Below are positions 26,426-33,753 of a stretch of 64,000 bases of DNA, in pieces. The stretch lies in the sequence record PP456878.1, one strand, 5' to 3'. Positions within the stretch are counted from its first letter, which is position 1, and each line of letters begins with the position of its first letter. The DNA comes from Pseudomonas phage vB_PaePAO1-KEN19. The notes beneath the pieces are model-generated. The model was not told the origin of the DNA, searched no databases, and worked only from the letters and a program-made list of their open reading frames with translations. A program made the position numbers and the translations under genes.

Positions 26426-26701
26426 TTATTTAACCAGCGATGGTTCCCTAATACGAGAGATGCATAGATAATTACTATAATCGCTAGGGTCGTACTCATC
26501 ATACCCTAGACAACTTGTATGGATATATTCAGTACTGATATTAATCATATCAAGAGTAATACCATCACCCCATTTCTTAGTTGCCATCTTGATAATATCG
26601 GCGATAGTATTGGCCACATAACAATCACCCAAGACATAAAAGGTATCTTCGGTATCATCCGGACGAAAATAACGAATACCATTCTGTGTATATTCACCCA
26701 T
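26426..26701 (-). CDS. Hypothetical small protein (91 aa). Last gene of a small-gene operon.
   Basis: ORF. Confidence 0.45.
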   Translation of the reverse strand: MGEYTQNGIRYFRPDDTEDTFYVLGDCYVANTIADIIKMATKKWGDGITLDMINISTEYIHTSCLGYDEYDPSDYSNYLCISRIREPSLVK

Positions 26702-26702
26702 G

Positions 26703-26846
26703 TTAATTATCCTCTTTTCCTTCTTGGGTATGATGAGCGGGCTCTACCCAGTAAAAATCAATAAACAGATCAACTGGTTCACAGCCGACCGCCTCACTGT
26801 CATCGGCCCATTTACTTTCATCTGCGATAATTTCTTCATTGGTCAT
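26703..26846 (-). CDS. Very small acidic protein (46 aa), MTNEEIIADESKWADDSEAV…
   Basis: Hand-translated. Packed between neighbouring genes with no gaps. Below the ORF-track size cutoff. Confidence 0.3.
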   Translation of the reverse strand: MTNEEIIADESKWADDSEAVGCEPVDLFIDFYWVEPAHHTQEGKEDN

Positions 26847-26885
26847 TTGTATTTCTCCTTATTTACTATATTGAATATTGTTTAG

Positions 26886-27098
26886 TTACATAGTCCAATT
26901 AGTGGCTTCATCAACCATGTCAGCTGCTTCTTTATCAGAAGCATTCCAGAGTTTATCAGCCCATTCTTTATCCATTTCATTTTGGATATTTTCAAGACGC
27001 ATGTAATTATGCCATGCCTGACCCAGGCGAAGATTCTTATTGTTTTTGTAATAAATTCCAAACTCACCACGAACTGATGCAGGAATTGAAATAGTCAC
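26886..27098 (-). CDS. Hypothetical small protein (70 aa, GTG start).
   Basis: ORF. Confidence 0.4.
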   Translation of the reverse strand: MTISIPASVRGEFGIYYKNNKNLRLGQAWHNYMRLENIQNEMDKEWADKLWNASDKEAADMVDEATNWTM

Positions 27099-27099
27099 T

Positions 27100-27256
27100 T
27101 TATAATCTCCTTAGTTACTATCTGACGTGCTTCTTTATAAGAAATATTCGGATTATCATTGATGTATTTAAGAACTTTCTGATGTATAATGTTCTCTCGC
27201 TCAGTTAGTTCTTTTACTACTCTTTTAAAATAACCTGGTGATCGTTTCATAGTCAT
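27100..27256 (-). CDS. Small basic protein (51 aa), MTMKRSPGYFKRVVKELTERENIIHQKVLKY…
   Basis: Hand-translated. Its ATG overlaps the TGA of 27253..27540 (ATGA coupling). Confidence 0.3.
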
Positions 27257-27540
27257 GGTTCTTCGATTAACAAGTTATTTGCCTCGAAAAAGAATGGGGC
27301 TGACCAGCTATAATCTGGTTCATTTACCAGTTTTACACTGTTCTTGGTTTTGATAATCTTGCGATCATACCGCCAGTTTTGTGGTCCATGTTTAGGAATA
27401 GTGTAGTATTCACCATCGGGTAGATTAGTGGCTTTTTCCCATCCGAGTTCTTTAATACTAAACTTTTTATCAGTTGTCATTTTCTTAATTTCCTTGCTGT
27501 CATGAAACCACCCGATGGCCGTATCAAGCTGCGGACCCAT
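27253..27540 (-). CDS. Small protein (95 aa). Paralog of 27836..28099, sharing LP(N/D)G.Y.T.P.HGP…Y.(H/Y)DR(R/K).
   Basis: Motif alignment with the 87-aa gene upstream of the helix-turn-helix gene. Starts 3 nt after the helix-turn-helix gene's stop. Confidence 0.5.
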   Translation of the reverse strand: MGPQLDTAIGWFHDSKEIKKMTTDKKFSIKELGWEKATNLPDGEYYTIPKHGPQNWRYDRKIIKTKNSVKLVNEPDYSWSAPFFFEANNLLIEEP

Positions 27541-27543
27541 GGT

Positions 27544-27828
27544 TTATACTGCACGTGGGATCACTGATATCTCAAGAGTCAGATCAGCCGCGTCCAGTAG
27601 GTTTACCAGGGCGTCCAGAGAGAACTTGTCAATCTTGCCTTTGAGAAGATCATTCAATCTCGGTTGCGTAACATGTAGGCGAGCAGCAGCGTCTTTTTGC
27701 GGAAGATCCCAGCCCTTTATAGTACGGGTGAGAGCCCGCATGAGTTGGGAACGGATACGTAGGTTTTCAGTTTCTTTTGTCGAGTCAACTAGTGTATCCC
27801 AGACACCGGGAGTGCATTCGTTTGCCAT
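27544..27828 (-). CDS. XRE-family helix-turn-helix protein resembling HigA-type antitoxin DNA-binding proteins (COG5606-like). GC-rich relative to its neighbours.
   Basis: …AAARLHVTQPRLNDLLKGKIDKFSLDALVNLLDAADLTLEISV matches the …VSQPR(I/V)SDL(L/M)RGKID.FSLD.LV.ML… signature of this antitoxin family. Local GC is about 50% against about 35% for the flanks. Confidence 0.6.
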   Translation of the reverse strand: MANECTPGVWDTLVDSTKETENLRIRSQLMRALTRTIKGWDLPQKDAAARLHVTQPRLNDLLKGKIDKFSLDALVNLLDAADLTLEISVIPRAV

Positions 27829-27835
27829 TTATTTA

Positions 27836-28099
27836 TTACCTCTTGAGGTAAATGCTCGGATAATAAACTACATTATATTTAAAGAAATCACTTACCTTGA
27901 ATTTTATGTTCGGTGCAGTGATTAGATAACAATAATCACCATCAACCATAACGCGTCGATCATGGCTATATACCCTAGGACCATGTAACGGAGAAGTTAC
28001 ATAAATCCCATTGGGAAGATTCCGTAAATCGTCTTTATTCAGAAACTTACCATTAGGATTTATAGTTAATGGATAACAACCAGGATTAAGTTTATGCAT
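27836..28099 (-). CDS. Small protein (87 aa). Paralog of 27253..27540.
   Basis: LPNGIYVTSPLHGPRVYSHDRRV aligns with LPDGEYYTIPKHGPQNWRYDRKI. Confidence 0.5.
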   Translation of the reverse strand: MHKLNPGCYPLTINPNGKFLNKDDLRNLPNGIYVTSPLHGPRVYSHDRRVMVDGDYCYLITAPNIKFKVSDFFKYNVVYYPSIYLKR

Positions 28100-28115
28100 A
28101 TTTCACCTCTTTTAT

Positions 28116-28145
28116 AAACCACCCTTATATAGGGTGGTTTTTTTC
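28116..28145 (+). terminator. Plus-strand-oriented intrinsic terminator (AAACCACCC-ttatat-AGGGTGGTTT + T7) lying inside a minus-strand operon.
   Basis: The hairpin plus T-run reads correctly only on the plus strand. On the minus strand an A-run precedes the stem. Confidence 0.45.
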
Positions 28146-28522
28146 TATTGACCAATATACGTGCTGGTGTATAATTCAATGGTTGGTTTATGAATGGTCA
28201 GATTATATTTCTTAGCTAAATCATCAATATCCCTGGAACAATCAATGAATTTTCCAGTCTCTCGGTAGCGCATCACCCATGAACCCCGAAATGGTGCATC
28301 ATCTAATGGATTAATACCATATTCACGACATACCACAATTGCTTCATGTCGTGGAGTAGCACCAGTAGTGACAAAGTGATTTTCATAAACTGGGATCATT
28401 GATACATCTTTATTGCTCATACTAACCTCTCTAAAATTACCTGAAGGGATATGCATGATATTTATTTTTGTTTTTGACTGATCATGGAGGCATTGGTGAA
28501 GTAATATAACGCATGTTTCCAA
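28145..28522 (-). CDS. Small protein (up to 125 aa). Paralog of 29414..29665, sharing REYGINP…RG.WV.R…TG.FID.
   Basis: Motif alignment. The annotated N-terminus overlaps 28462..29001, so the true start is probably an internal Met. Confidence 0.45.
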   Translation of the reverse strand: METCVILLHQCLHDQSKTKINIMHIPSGNFREVSMSNKDVSMIPVYENHFVTTGATPRHEAIVVCREYGINPLDDAPFRGSWVMRYRETGKFIDCSRDIDDLAKKYNLTIHKPTIELYTSTYIGQ

Positions 28523-29001
28523 TCTTGAGGGTCATATGTGCACTTATGAGCAACCACATAATCACCATCAATTTTTTTGAACAAGTTTACCATGATCACC
28601 TCACCCATATCAGTCCCGTTATGCACAGTTTGATAATTCAGTCTCACCAACATGTCATCTACATTGGTTTTCAACTGGAGACCATCTTTGAAGAAATCAC
28701 GAACACCATCCATGATTTGTTCATTGCGAGACAGGATGTTTTCAGAGATCTGTTCGAACATACCCCTTGCACCGATCAAACGTAATTGATCGTAATTGGG
28801 TTCACCCATGCAGATGGCCTCATCATCACGATTACACATCTTCTCCAGCAGAACGATAGGGTTATAATCCCAAGCAACCCCACCAGTTACAACAGAGGTC
28901 AAATAGCCATAGAGACTGAGTTCACTGTCACGCTCATTTGCAGGAATCATGCGGTTCATAATTAACGATCCTCGTATTGGTGTTGCAGCATAGCTCAGCA
29001 A
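28462..29001 (-). CDS. Hypothetical protein (179 aa).
   Basis: ORF. Confidence 0.4.
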   Translation of the reverse strand: MLSYAATPIRGSLIMNRMIPANERDSELSLYGYLTSVVTGGVAWDYNPIVLLEKMCNRDDEAICMGEPNYDQLRLIGARGMFEQISENILSRNEQIMDGVRDFFKDGLQLKTNVDDMLVRLNYQTVHNGTDMGEVIMVNLFKKIDGDYVVAHKCTYDPQDWKHALYYFTNASMISQKQK

Positions 29002-29378
29002 GTCTCTTGAGCTTTCTCAAAACTAGCCATCGAGCGGGTGCGCGCACGCTGTAGAATAGACAAGCCGTATTTTTTGAACTTCTTCTTGTGGATGAAACCA
29101 AGGCGTTCGTAGATGAAGTCTTTACGGTCGGCGCGAGGTTTACCATCAGCTACGATACCACGGTCGAAAAGAGCCCAGAACAGAGCGCTTTCATCATGCA
29201 GGTAGTTGGCCATTTCCTGAGGCCACTGAACTGCGCATAGAGCAACGATTTGTTCAAGTAAACCACTATCTGAGATAGCATAGTACTCACGACCCTGAAC
29301 ATAGTTCATTTTGTCGAAGTTGCACATAGCCAGTCTGCCAGTACCCTGGTTGATTTTCTTTTGAATGTGTTCGTTCAT
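28995..29378 (-). CDS. Hypothetical protein (127 aa) with elevated GC (about 50% over 29040-29300).
   Basis: ORF with a compositional anomaly similar to that of the helix-turn-helix gene. Confidence 0.45.
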   Translation of the reverse strand: MNEHIQKKINQGTGRLAMCNFDKMNYVQGREYYAISDSGLLEQIVALCAVQWPQEMANYLHDESALFWALFDRGIVADGKPRADRKDFIYERLGFIHKKKFKKYGLSILQRARTRSMASFEKAQETC

Positions 29379-29413
29379 GGTTTGACCTATTTTCAGATTT
29401 GGATTAATTATAG

Positions 29414-29665
29414 CTAGACGAAGGTATTGCGTTCGAATTGGATGGAATTACGTTCAACAATATCGTTGAGGTATTTATCATTGTCGATAAATTCCCCAGT
29501 GAGCATGTTACGCAGAACCCAGTTCCCCCGAAGTGGTATACCGCTGTTAGGGTTGATCCCGTATTCACGCATCAAAATCCGACGATTGTGGTCAACACCT
29601 GGCTCCATGTAAGATTCACTGATAAAACATTCCACCATGTTGATAACTTCTTTAGATTCGCTCAT
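29414..29665 (-). CDS. Small protein (83 aa). Paralog of 28145..28522.
   Basis: MREYGINPNSGIPLRGNWVLRNMLTGEFID aligns with CREYGINPLDDAPFRGSWVMRYRETGKFID. Confidence 0.5.
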   Translation of the reverse strand: MSESKEVINMVECFISESYMEPGVDHNRRILMREYGINPNSGIPLRGNWVLRNMLTGEFIDNDKYLNDIVERNSIQFERNTFV

Positions 29666-29736
29666 TGACTTATTCCTTCTTTTGCAGGTATTATGTAATA
29701 CGATAATGGATTATGGCTTTAACCATCAGATCCTTT

Positions 29737-30159
29737 TCACGCAGTTGGTTTGAATGGATTTGCACTACGACTACGTTTTTGATATGAAATTAGTGCACCC
29801 CATACATTATCGGCTGATACATATTCAGGCATAGCTTTTTCATCATTGTAACTGACACGGTATGCCTTAGCCACACCTGTGCTATCTACAATGTGAACTT
29901 TTTCAATGACAAATGCTTTTCCAGAAGGCCCAGGGATATGTAATCCTCTTTTAAAAAGTTCTTCAAGAATGCGTTCTAATGCAATTTTAGCATTAGGGTA
30001 ATCATTATCAAGTGACTTAATACCACCTTTAATTTTATTATCTAGGTCACTGAGTGCCTTTTTAAAAACACTAACATCATGATCAAAACATTCGAGAGTG
30101 TGATCGAAGTTTTGCATGAGCGCTATTAGTAGACCATTAGGAAATACTACTTTTGACAT
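29737..30159 (-). CDS. Hypothetical protein (140 aa).
   Basis: ORF. Confidence 0.45.
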   Translation of the reverse strand: MSKVVFPNGLLIALMQNFDHTLECFDHDVSVFKKALSDLDNKIKGGIKSLDNDYPNAKIALERILEELFKRGLHIPGPSGKAFVIEKVHIVDSTGVAKAYRVSYNDEKAMPEYVSADNVWGALISYQKRSRSANPFKPTA

Positions 30160-30169
30160 ATATCACCTA

Positions 30170-30526
30170 TTAGTAAACAGTTGGGAACGTTTGTAGGAAC
30201 CAATCATTAATACGTGTATTAACACTAGCCCCGTGTTCAGGCGCTACTTTAAAACCAGCGACGATGTCCTGTAACTCTTCAGTGAGTTTGTTGTGTACTT
30301 TACCTTCACAATCGATAAAGTCTTCTGCGGTTGGCATAACCTCAGCGCGAATAACAGAGGCACGCTTAGAAAGCATTGTAAGAATTTCATTAGACACTGA
30401 AGCAGCATTACGCAACTTATTGATTTTTACATCAATAACAGTTTTATGATAGATTTTACCAACTGCACACATTGTAACTGAACCAACAAAAATACCAAGA
30501 CAGAGTGATGCTTTATCAATATTCAT
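30170..30526 (-). CDS. Small membrane protein (118 aa) with an N-terminal transmembrane helix.
   Basis: MNIDKASLCLGIFVGSVTMCAVG is a hydrophobic N-terminus. Confidence 0.45.
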   Translation of the reverse strand: MNIDKASLCLGIFVGSVTMCAVGKIYHKTVIDVKINKLRNAASVSNEILTMLSKRASVIRAEVMPTAEDFIDCEGKVHNKLTEELQDIVAGFKVAPEHGASVNTRINDWFLQTFPTVY

Positions 30527-30587
30527 TTTGTATACCTATTTACGTTTATTGAAGTGATTAAAAAATAATACGATGTAGAAAATAAAA

Positions 30588-30605
30588 GGGAGTCCGAAGA
30601 CTCCC
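30588..30605 (-). terminator. Terminator hairpin (GGGAGTC-cgaa-GACTCCC) with a T-rich tail on the minus strand.
   Basis: 7-bp GC stem after the stop of 30614..31111. Confidence 0.55.
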
Positions 30606-30613
30606 ATTATCAG

Positions 30614-31111
30614 TTACACATCTGACACATCATCGAACAGATCAAGTTGTTTCCGATTACGTCGTTCTTCTTCTTCGATACGACGATTCTCTTCTTCAAT
30701 CTCTTTCTGCCGTTTGACAAGCCTCCTGTGCAGACTCATTTGCCATGCAGTATCATAACGGCATCGCACTGATTCAATATATTTAAGCCCTACTTCATTA
30801 ATGCTCTCAAGAAGATCCAGTGACACAAGTGTCTCCTTGGATGCATTAATGCTAGCCTTAAGATAATGGGCCATTGCTGTTGCTGGATGGAACGGTAGTT
30901 TATCGACATCCATGGTCTTTTGATAAGCTTTCAGTTTATGGATAATAATTCGTCCATAATAGAATTCATAAAGTTTTTCTCTAGAATCCCAAGCAAGCTT
31001 ACCGAGCACGGCTCCACTTACCATCCCTAATGTAAGAGATAGCTTAGAGTTCATTGTTAATTGCATCCTTAATCCAGTTACGGATTTTTGATTTAATTCG
31101 ATGTTTATCAC
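30614..31111 (-). CDS. Small membrane protein (165 aa) with a charged coiled-coil-like C-terminus.
   Basis: Hydrophobic segment LSLTLGMVSGAVLGKLAW. C-terminus QKEIEEENRRIEEEERRNRK. Confidence 0.45.
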   Translation of the reverse strand: MINIELNQKSVTGLRMQLTMNSKLSLTLGMVSGAVLGKLAWDSREKLYEFYYGRIIIHKLKAYQKTMDVDKLPFHPATAMAHYLKASINASKETLVSLDLLESINEVGLKYIESVRCRYDTAWQMSLHRRLVKRQKEIEEENRRIEEEERRNRKQLDLFDDVSDV

Positions 31112-31361
31112 TGATGGTGTTAAACATATTCAATCCATCATTAATGACATCCATAAGCTCTGCTTCAATTAAGTCCGCCATTACTTCCACGGTGCAATTA
31201 TCTGAATTAGTTTTGATATGCTCAGAATAGCCCTTTACTTTTTCACGGATATTCTTTTCTAATTTAATTTCATTATAAACAGTCACACCGACTTCGAACA
31301 CGTAGATGGTGCCGGCCAGCATGAGACCAGTTTTTACAACATTGCCGATAATGGAAAGCAT
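31044..31361 (-). CDS. Small membrane protein (105 aa) with an N-terminal transmembrane helix.
   Basis: MLSIIGNVVKTGLMLAGTIYVFEVGV. It overlaps the 5' end of 30614..31111. Confidence 0.4.
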   Translation of the reverse strand: MLSIIGNVVKTGLMLAGTIYVFEVGVTVYNEIKLEKNIREKVKGYSEHIKTNSDNCTVEVMADLIEAELMDVINDGLNMFNTISDKHRIKSKIRNWIKDAINNEL

Positions 31362-31407
31362 GATAATATCCTATTAGTTAATGAATGTAGATTTATTTCG
31401 ATTATAT

Positions 31408-31568
31408 TAAAACTTGATATTTAGAACACGTTTAGCTATTACAATACCAACATATACTCCTAATGCTATCTCCGCATATTTGGTGATGACATTTACGATC
31501 TTCTTAGGTTTAGGTGCCTCAGGTACATCTGCGATAAGTTTTTGAAGTTTAACTTTATCAATATTCAT
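31408..31568 (-). CDS. Very small membrane protein (53 aa), MNIDKVKLQKLIADVPEAPKPKK…YAEIALGVYVGIVIAKRV…
   Basis: Hand-translated, below the ORF-track cutoff. Has a C-terminal transmembrane helix. Its N-terminus MNIDK is identical to that of 30170..30526. Confidence 0.3.
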
Positions 31569-31648
31569 TTGTATTTTCCTTTTTACATTAATTTAAGATT
31601 TAACAAACTCATTCAAATATAATTTTATTATTGTAATTATATTTGAAT

Positions 31649-31667
31649 GGGGCCTCAATGAGGCCCT
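31649..31667 (-). terminator. Terminator hairpin (GGGCCTC-aatg-AGGCCC) after 31676..32014.
   Basis: GC stem followed by an AT-rich tail. Confidence 0.5.
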
Positions 31668-31675
31668 ATCCATTT

Positions 31676-32014
31676 TCACATCTTACGAACTGTATCGAAT
31701 ACTTGATTCGTATAATCATCACCATAAATGGTCGACAGCTTATCACGAATTACATCCAGTCGATGTTTTTCAATATTGCTCTCAGCAACAGCACTATCCA
31801 TTGTCTCAGTCATTGCAGCATTGACGAACATCATGAACTCATCTGATTCACCATACTCTTTTGAAATACTTTTAAACTGATCCCTGAAACCCATGAGTTT
31901 GTCAAAGTTGGCTTTAGTCTCTTTAGCCTTCTTGTAGATAACATACCCAGTTCCAGCCAGTGATGCAGTGGCCAGAAGAAAAGATACACCTTTTGCAATC
32001 GTATTGAATTTCAT
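31676..32014 (-). CDS. Small membrane or secreted protein (112 aa) with an N-terminal hydrophobic segment.
   Basis: MKFNTIAKGVSFLLATASLAGTGYVIYKK. Confidence 0.45.
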   Translation of the reverse strand: MKFNTIAKGVSFLLATASLAGTGYVIYKKAKETKANFDKLMGFRDQFKSISKEYGESDEFMMFVNAAMTETMDSAVAESNIEKHRLDVIRDKLSTIYGDDYTNQVFDTVRKM

Positions 32015-32048
32015 AATAAATATTCCTATTTACTAATATTAAAACTAT

Positions 32049-32495
32049 TTAATAGTTTCTGAAATGTTCACAAGTCGTTACTTCTTTCAGTCGTTTGATG
32101 ATGTAATCTCGACTTTTATTGAATTGAAGTTTCTTTGCGTCATCCAGTTCATCCCATTGTGTAATTCTGGCCAGTTCAGGAACATTGTCATATTTTGCTT
32201 TGTTAAGTTTTTTAATCATGTCCCATACATAGCAACCTTCGATAAACCACAAAAGACTCGTGTATGTATCCTTGTCAATTAAATTTACTCCATAAAGACT
32301 AAGGTCAACCTTGGCTTCTTCTGCCATTTTAATGGTTTTCTTATAATTATCAAATACATTGTGGAGGTTATGCTCTTCGCCACTGCTATCACAGTTTTCA
32401 ATAGCTTTCATCAACTCCGGAAATGTATCACTATAGAACTTGATCAATTTACGAGTAATCGCCTCTTGCACTTTCTGCTTTTTAGTCTTTGCCAT
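32049..32495 (-). CDS. Hypothetical protein (148 aa).
   Basis: ORF. The TTAAACAGTATATTACA motif lies ~60 nt upstream. Confidence 0.45.
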   Translation of the reverse strand: MAKTKKQKVQEAITRKLIKFYSDTFPELMKAIENCDSSGEEHNLHNVFDNYKKTIKMAEEAKVDLSLYGVNLIDKDTYTSLLWFIEGCYVWDMIKKLNKAKYDNVPELARITQWDELDDAKKLQFNKSRDYIIKRLKEVTTCEHFRNY

Positions 32496-32587
32496 TTTAT
32501 TTCCACCTATTTACATTAAGTTGTATGATAATGTTTACAGTATTGTCACAAATGTAATATACTGTTTAAAATGGTTTGAATATACGA

Positions 32588-32618
32588 CATAAAGCCTTCC
32601 CCTGAGGGAAGGCCAATG
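32588..32618. terminator. Bidirectional terminator (ACATAAA-GCCTTCCC-ctga-GGGAAGGC-CAATGTT).
   Basis: 8-bp stem downstream of the macrodomain gene. Confidence 0.65.
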
Positions 32619-33107
32619 TTAAACCGATGAATCTATCCACGGTGGATAAACAACCACAATCTGGTTAGGCATGTGATTAGACCAATCTTCAATGATAGTT
32701 CTAACATCAGAGAAATCTAATCCACCATTAGCACACCCTAGAGGTGGTATGATAATTTTCCAATCTGGATGAATACAGTCTTCTTCATTTTCCGCAGAAT
32801 CCGATACGTTCTCCATCATCCACTCTAGACCACGTTCAATGAAACTAATTTGAGATGGGTTCCGCCAGTTATCCTTAGTAGGAAACATCATGAAACGTTT
32901 ACCATCGGATGCTTTGTAAATAACCGGATTACCAATAGTAATAATTCTCTTTTTGCAATCGTGTTTGTATCTTTCAAAAAGTTCAGGATACTTTTCTTTA
33001 AACGATTTGGCTAAACCAGCGCCCATGACGCCAACAACATTAACAGTGATTAGATAAAGATCACCAGGTACATTGAATATATCTTTACCTATAATAAATT
33101 CAGCCAT
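32619..33107 (-). CDS. Macrodomain protein of the TARG1/DarG (ADP-ribosyl glycohydrolase) type.
   Basis: LITVNVVGVMGAGLAKSFKEKYPELFERY matches the VNxVGVMGKGIAxQFKxxYP signature. IIPPLGCANGGLD matches the PRIGCGLDRL catalytic-loop region of TARG1/DarG macrodomains. Confidence 0.65.
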   Translation of the reverse strand: MAEFIIGKDIFNVPGDLYLITVNVVGVMGAGLAKSFKEKYPELFERYKHDCKKRIITIGNPVIYKASDGKRFMMFPTKDNWRNPSQISFIERGLEWMMENVSDSAENEEDCIHPDWKIIIPPLGCANGGLDFSDVRTIIEDWSNHMPNQIVVVYPPWIDSSV

Positions 33108-33132
33108 GATAATGGCTCCTTCTACAAGAGTA

Positions 33133-33168
33133 CTAATGAGAAGATCAAAACATAGACCTTCTCATTAG
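33133..33168 (-). promoter_or_regulatory. Perfect 11-bp stem hairpin (CTAATGAGAAG-15 nt loop-CTTCTCATTAG) immediately 5' of the macrodomain gene's ribosome-binding site.
   Basis: Perfect inverted repeat. On the minus strand it is followed by TACTCTTGTAGAAGGAGCCATTATCATG (Shine-Dalgarno AAGGAG then ATG). Confidence 0.45.
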
Positions 33169-33187
33169 ATTGGGTGCATTTCCAGGC

Positions 33188-33664
33188 TTATTGGATTTCT
33201 GGATTAGCGTTGTAGAAGCCAATATAAGCCTTATTAAATTTCAAGTAATAATTATACTCTGAAGGCTCACCAGTTATTTCCCTAAATACCTTAGCAGTTA
33301 TAACTTCGAACTTAGAACGCCGTAGCATTGGGAATAATTTCTTACTGCGCGATAGCTCACACAATCTAATCGAGATAGCTTGATCTTTAAATAAACCTGA
33401 TTTAGTAAAGAAAGCACCTTCATGAAGCCATTGAATTACTTCATTGAAGTCTGCGCGCCATTTCTTATGCTCATTTAAAGTTTTACCATTTATAAGATAC
33501 CATAAAGCTCTAACTTTAGATCCAATAGTAAAAATACCTATTACCATTACTGCTAGACATATAGCAATTATAAATGACATATGTCCTCCTAAATACCATT
33601 GAAGATTAAAGTTCCTATTAGTGAGAGAATGAATAACACGACCACATGATGAAGTTTTATCCAT
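33188..33664 (-). CDS. Membrane protein (158 aa) with an internal transmembrane helix.
   Basis: MSFIIAICLAVMVIGIFTIG. The TGTAATATACTGTTTAA motif lies upstream. Confidence 0.45.
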   Translation of the reverse strand: MDKTSSCGRVIHSLTNRNFNLQWYLGGHMSFIIAICLAVMVIGIFTIGSKVRALWYLINGKTLNEHKKWRADFNEVIQWLHEGAFFTKSGLFKDQAISIRLCELSRSKKLFPMLRRSKFEVITAKVFREITGEPSEYNYYLKFNKAYIGFYNANPEIQ

Positions 33665-33753
33665 GTTTCAGGTACTACCGGTTGTTTAGGTTTATTTAAA
33701 GGGATGTTTTCCATGTATATACTCCACATTAGTTCATATGTGTAATATACTGT

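Noticed and set aside
27515-27925. 136-aa plus-strand ORF overlapping the helix-turn-helix gene
   Set aside because: It is antisense to the GC-rich helix-turn-helix gene and Arg/Ser-rich. It is the same artefact as above.
27253-28099. A complete toxin-antitoxin pair with the helix-turn-helix gene
   Set aside because: The flanking 87- and 95-aa paralogs show no motif I can tie to RelE/ParE/HigB or gp49-like toxins. The helix-turn-helix gene is therefore treated as an orphan antitoxin-like gene. A fold-level search could overturn this.
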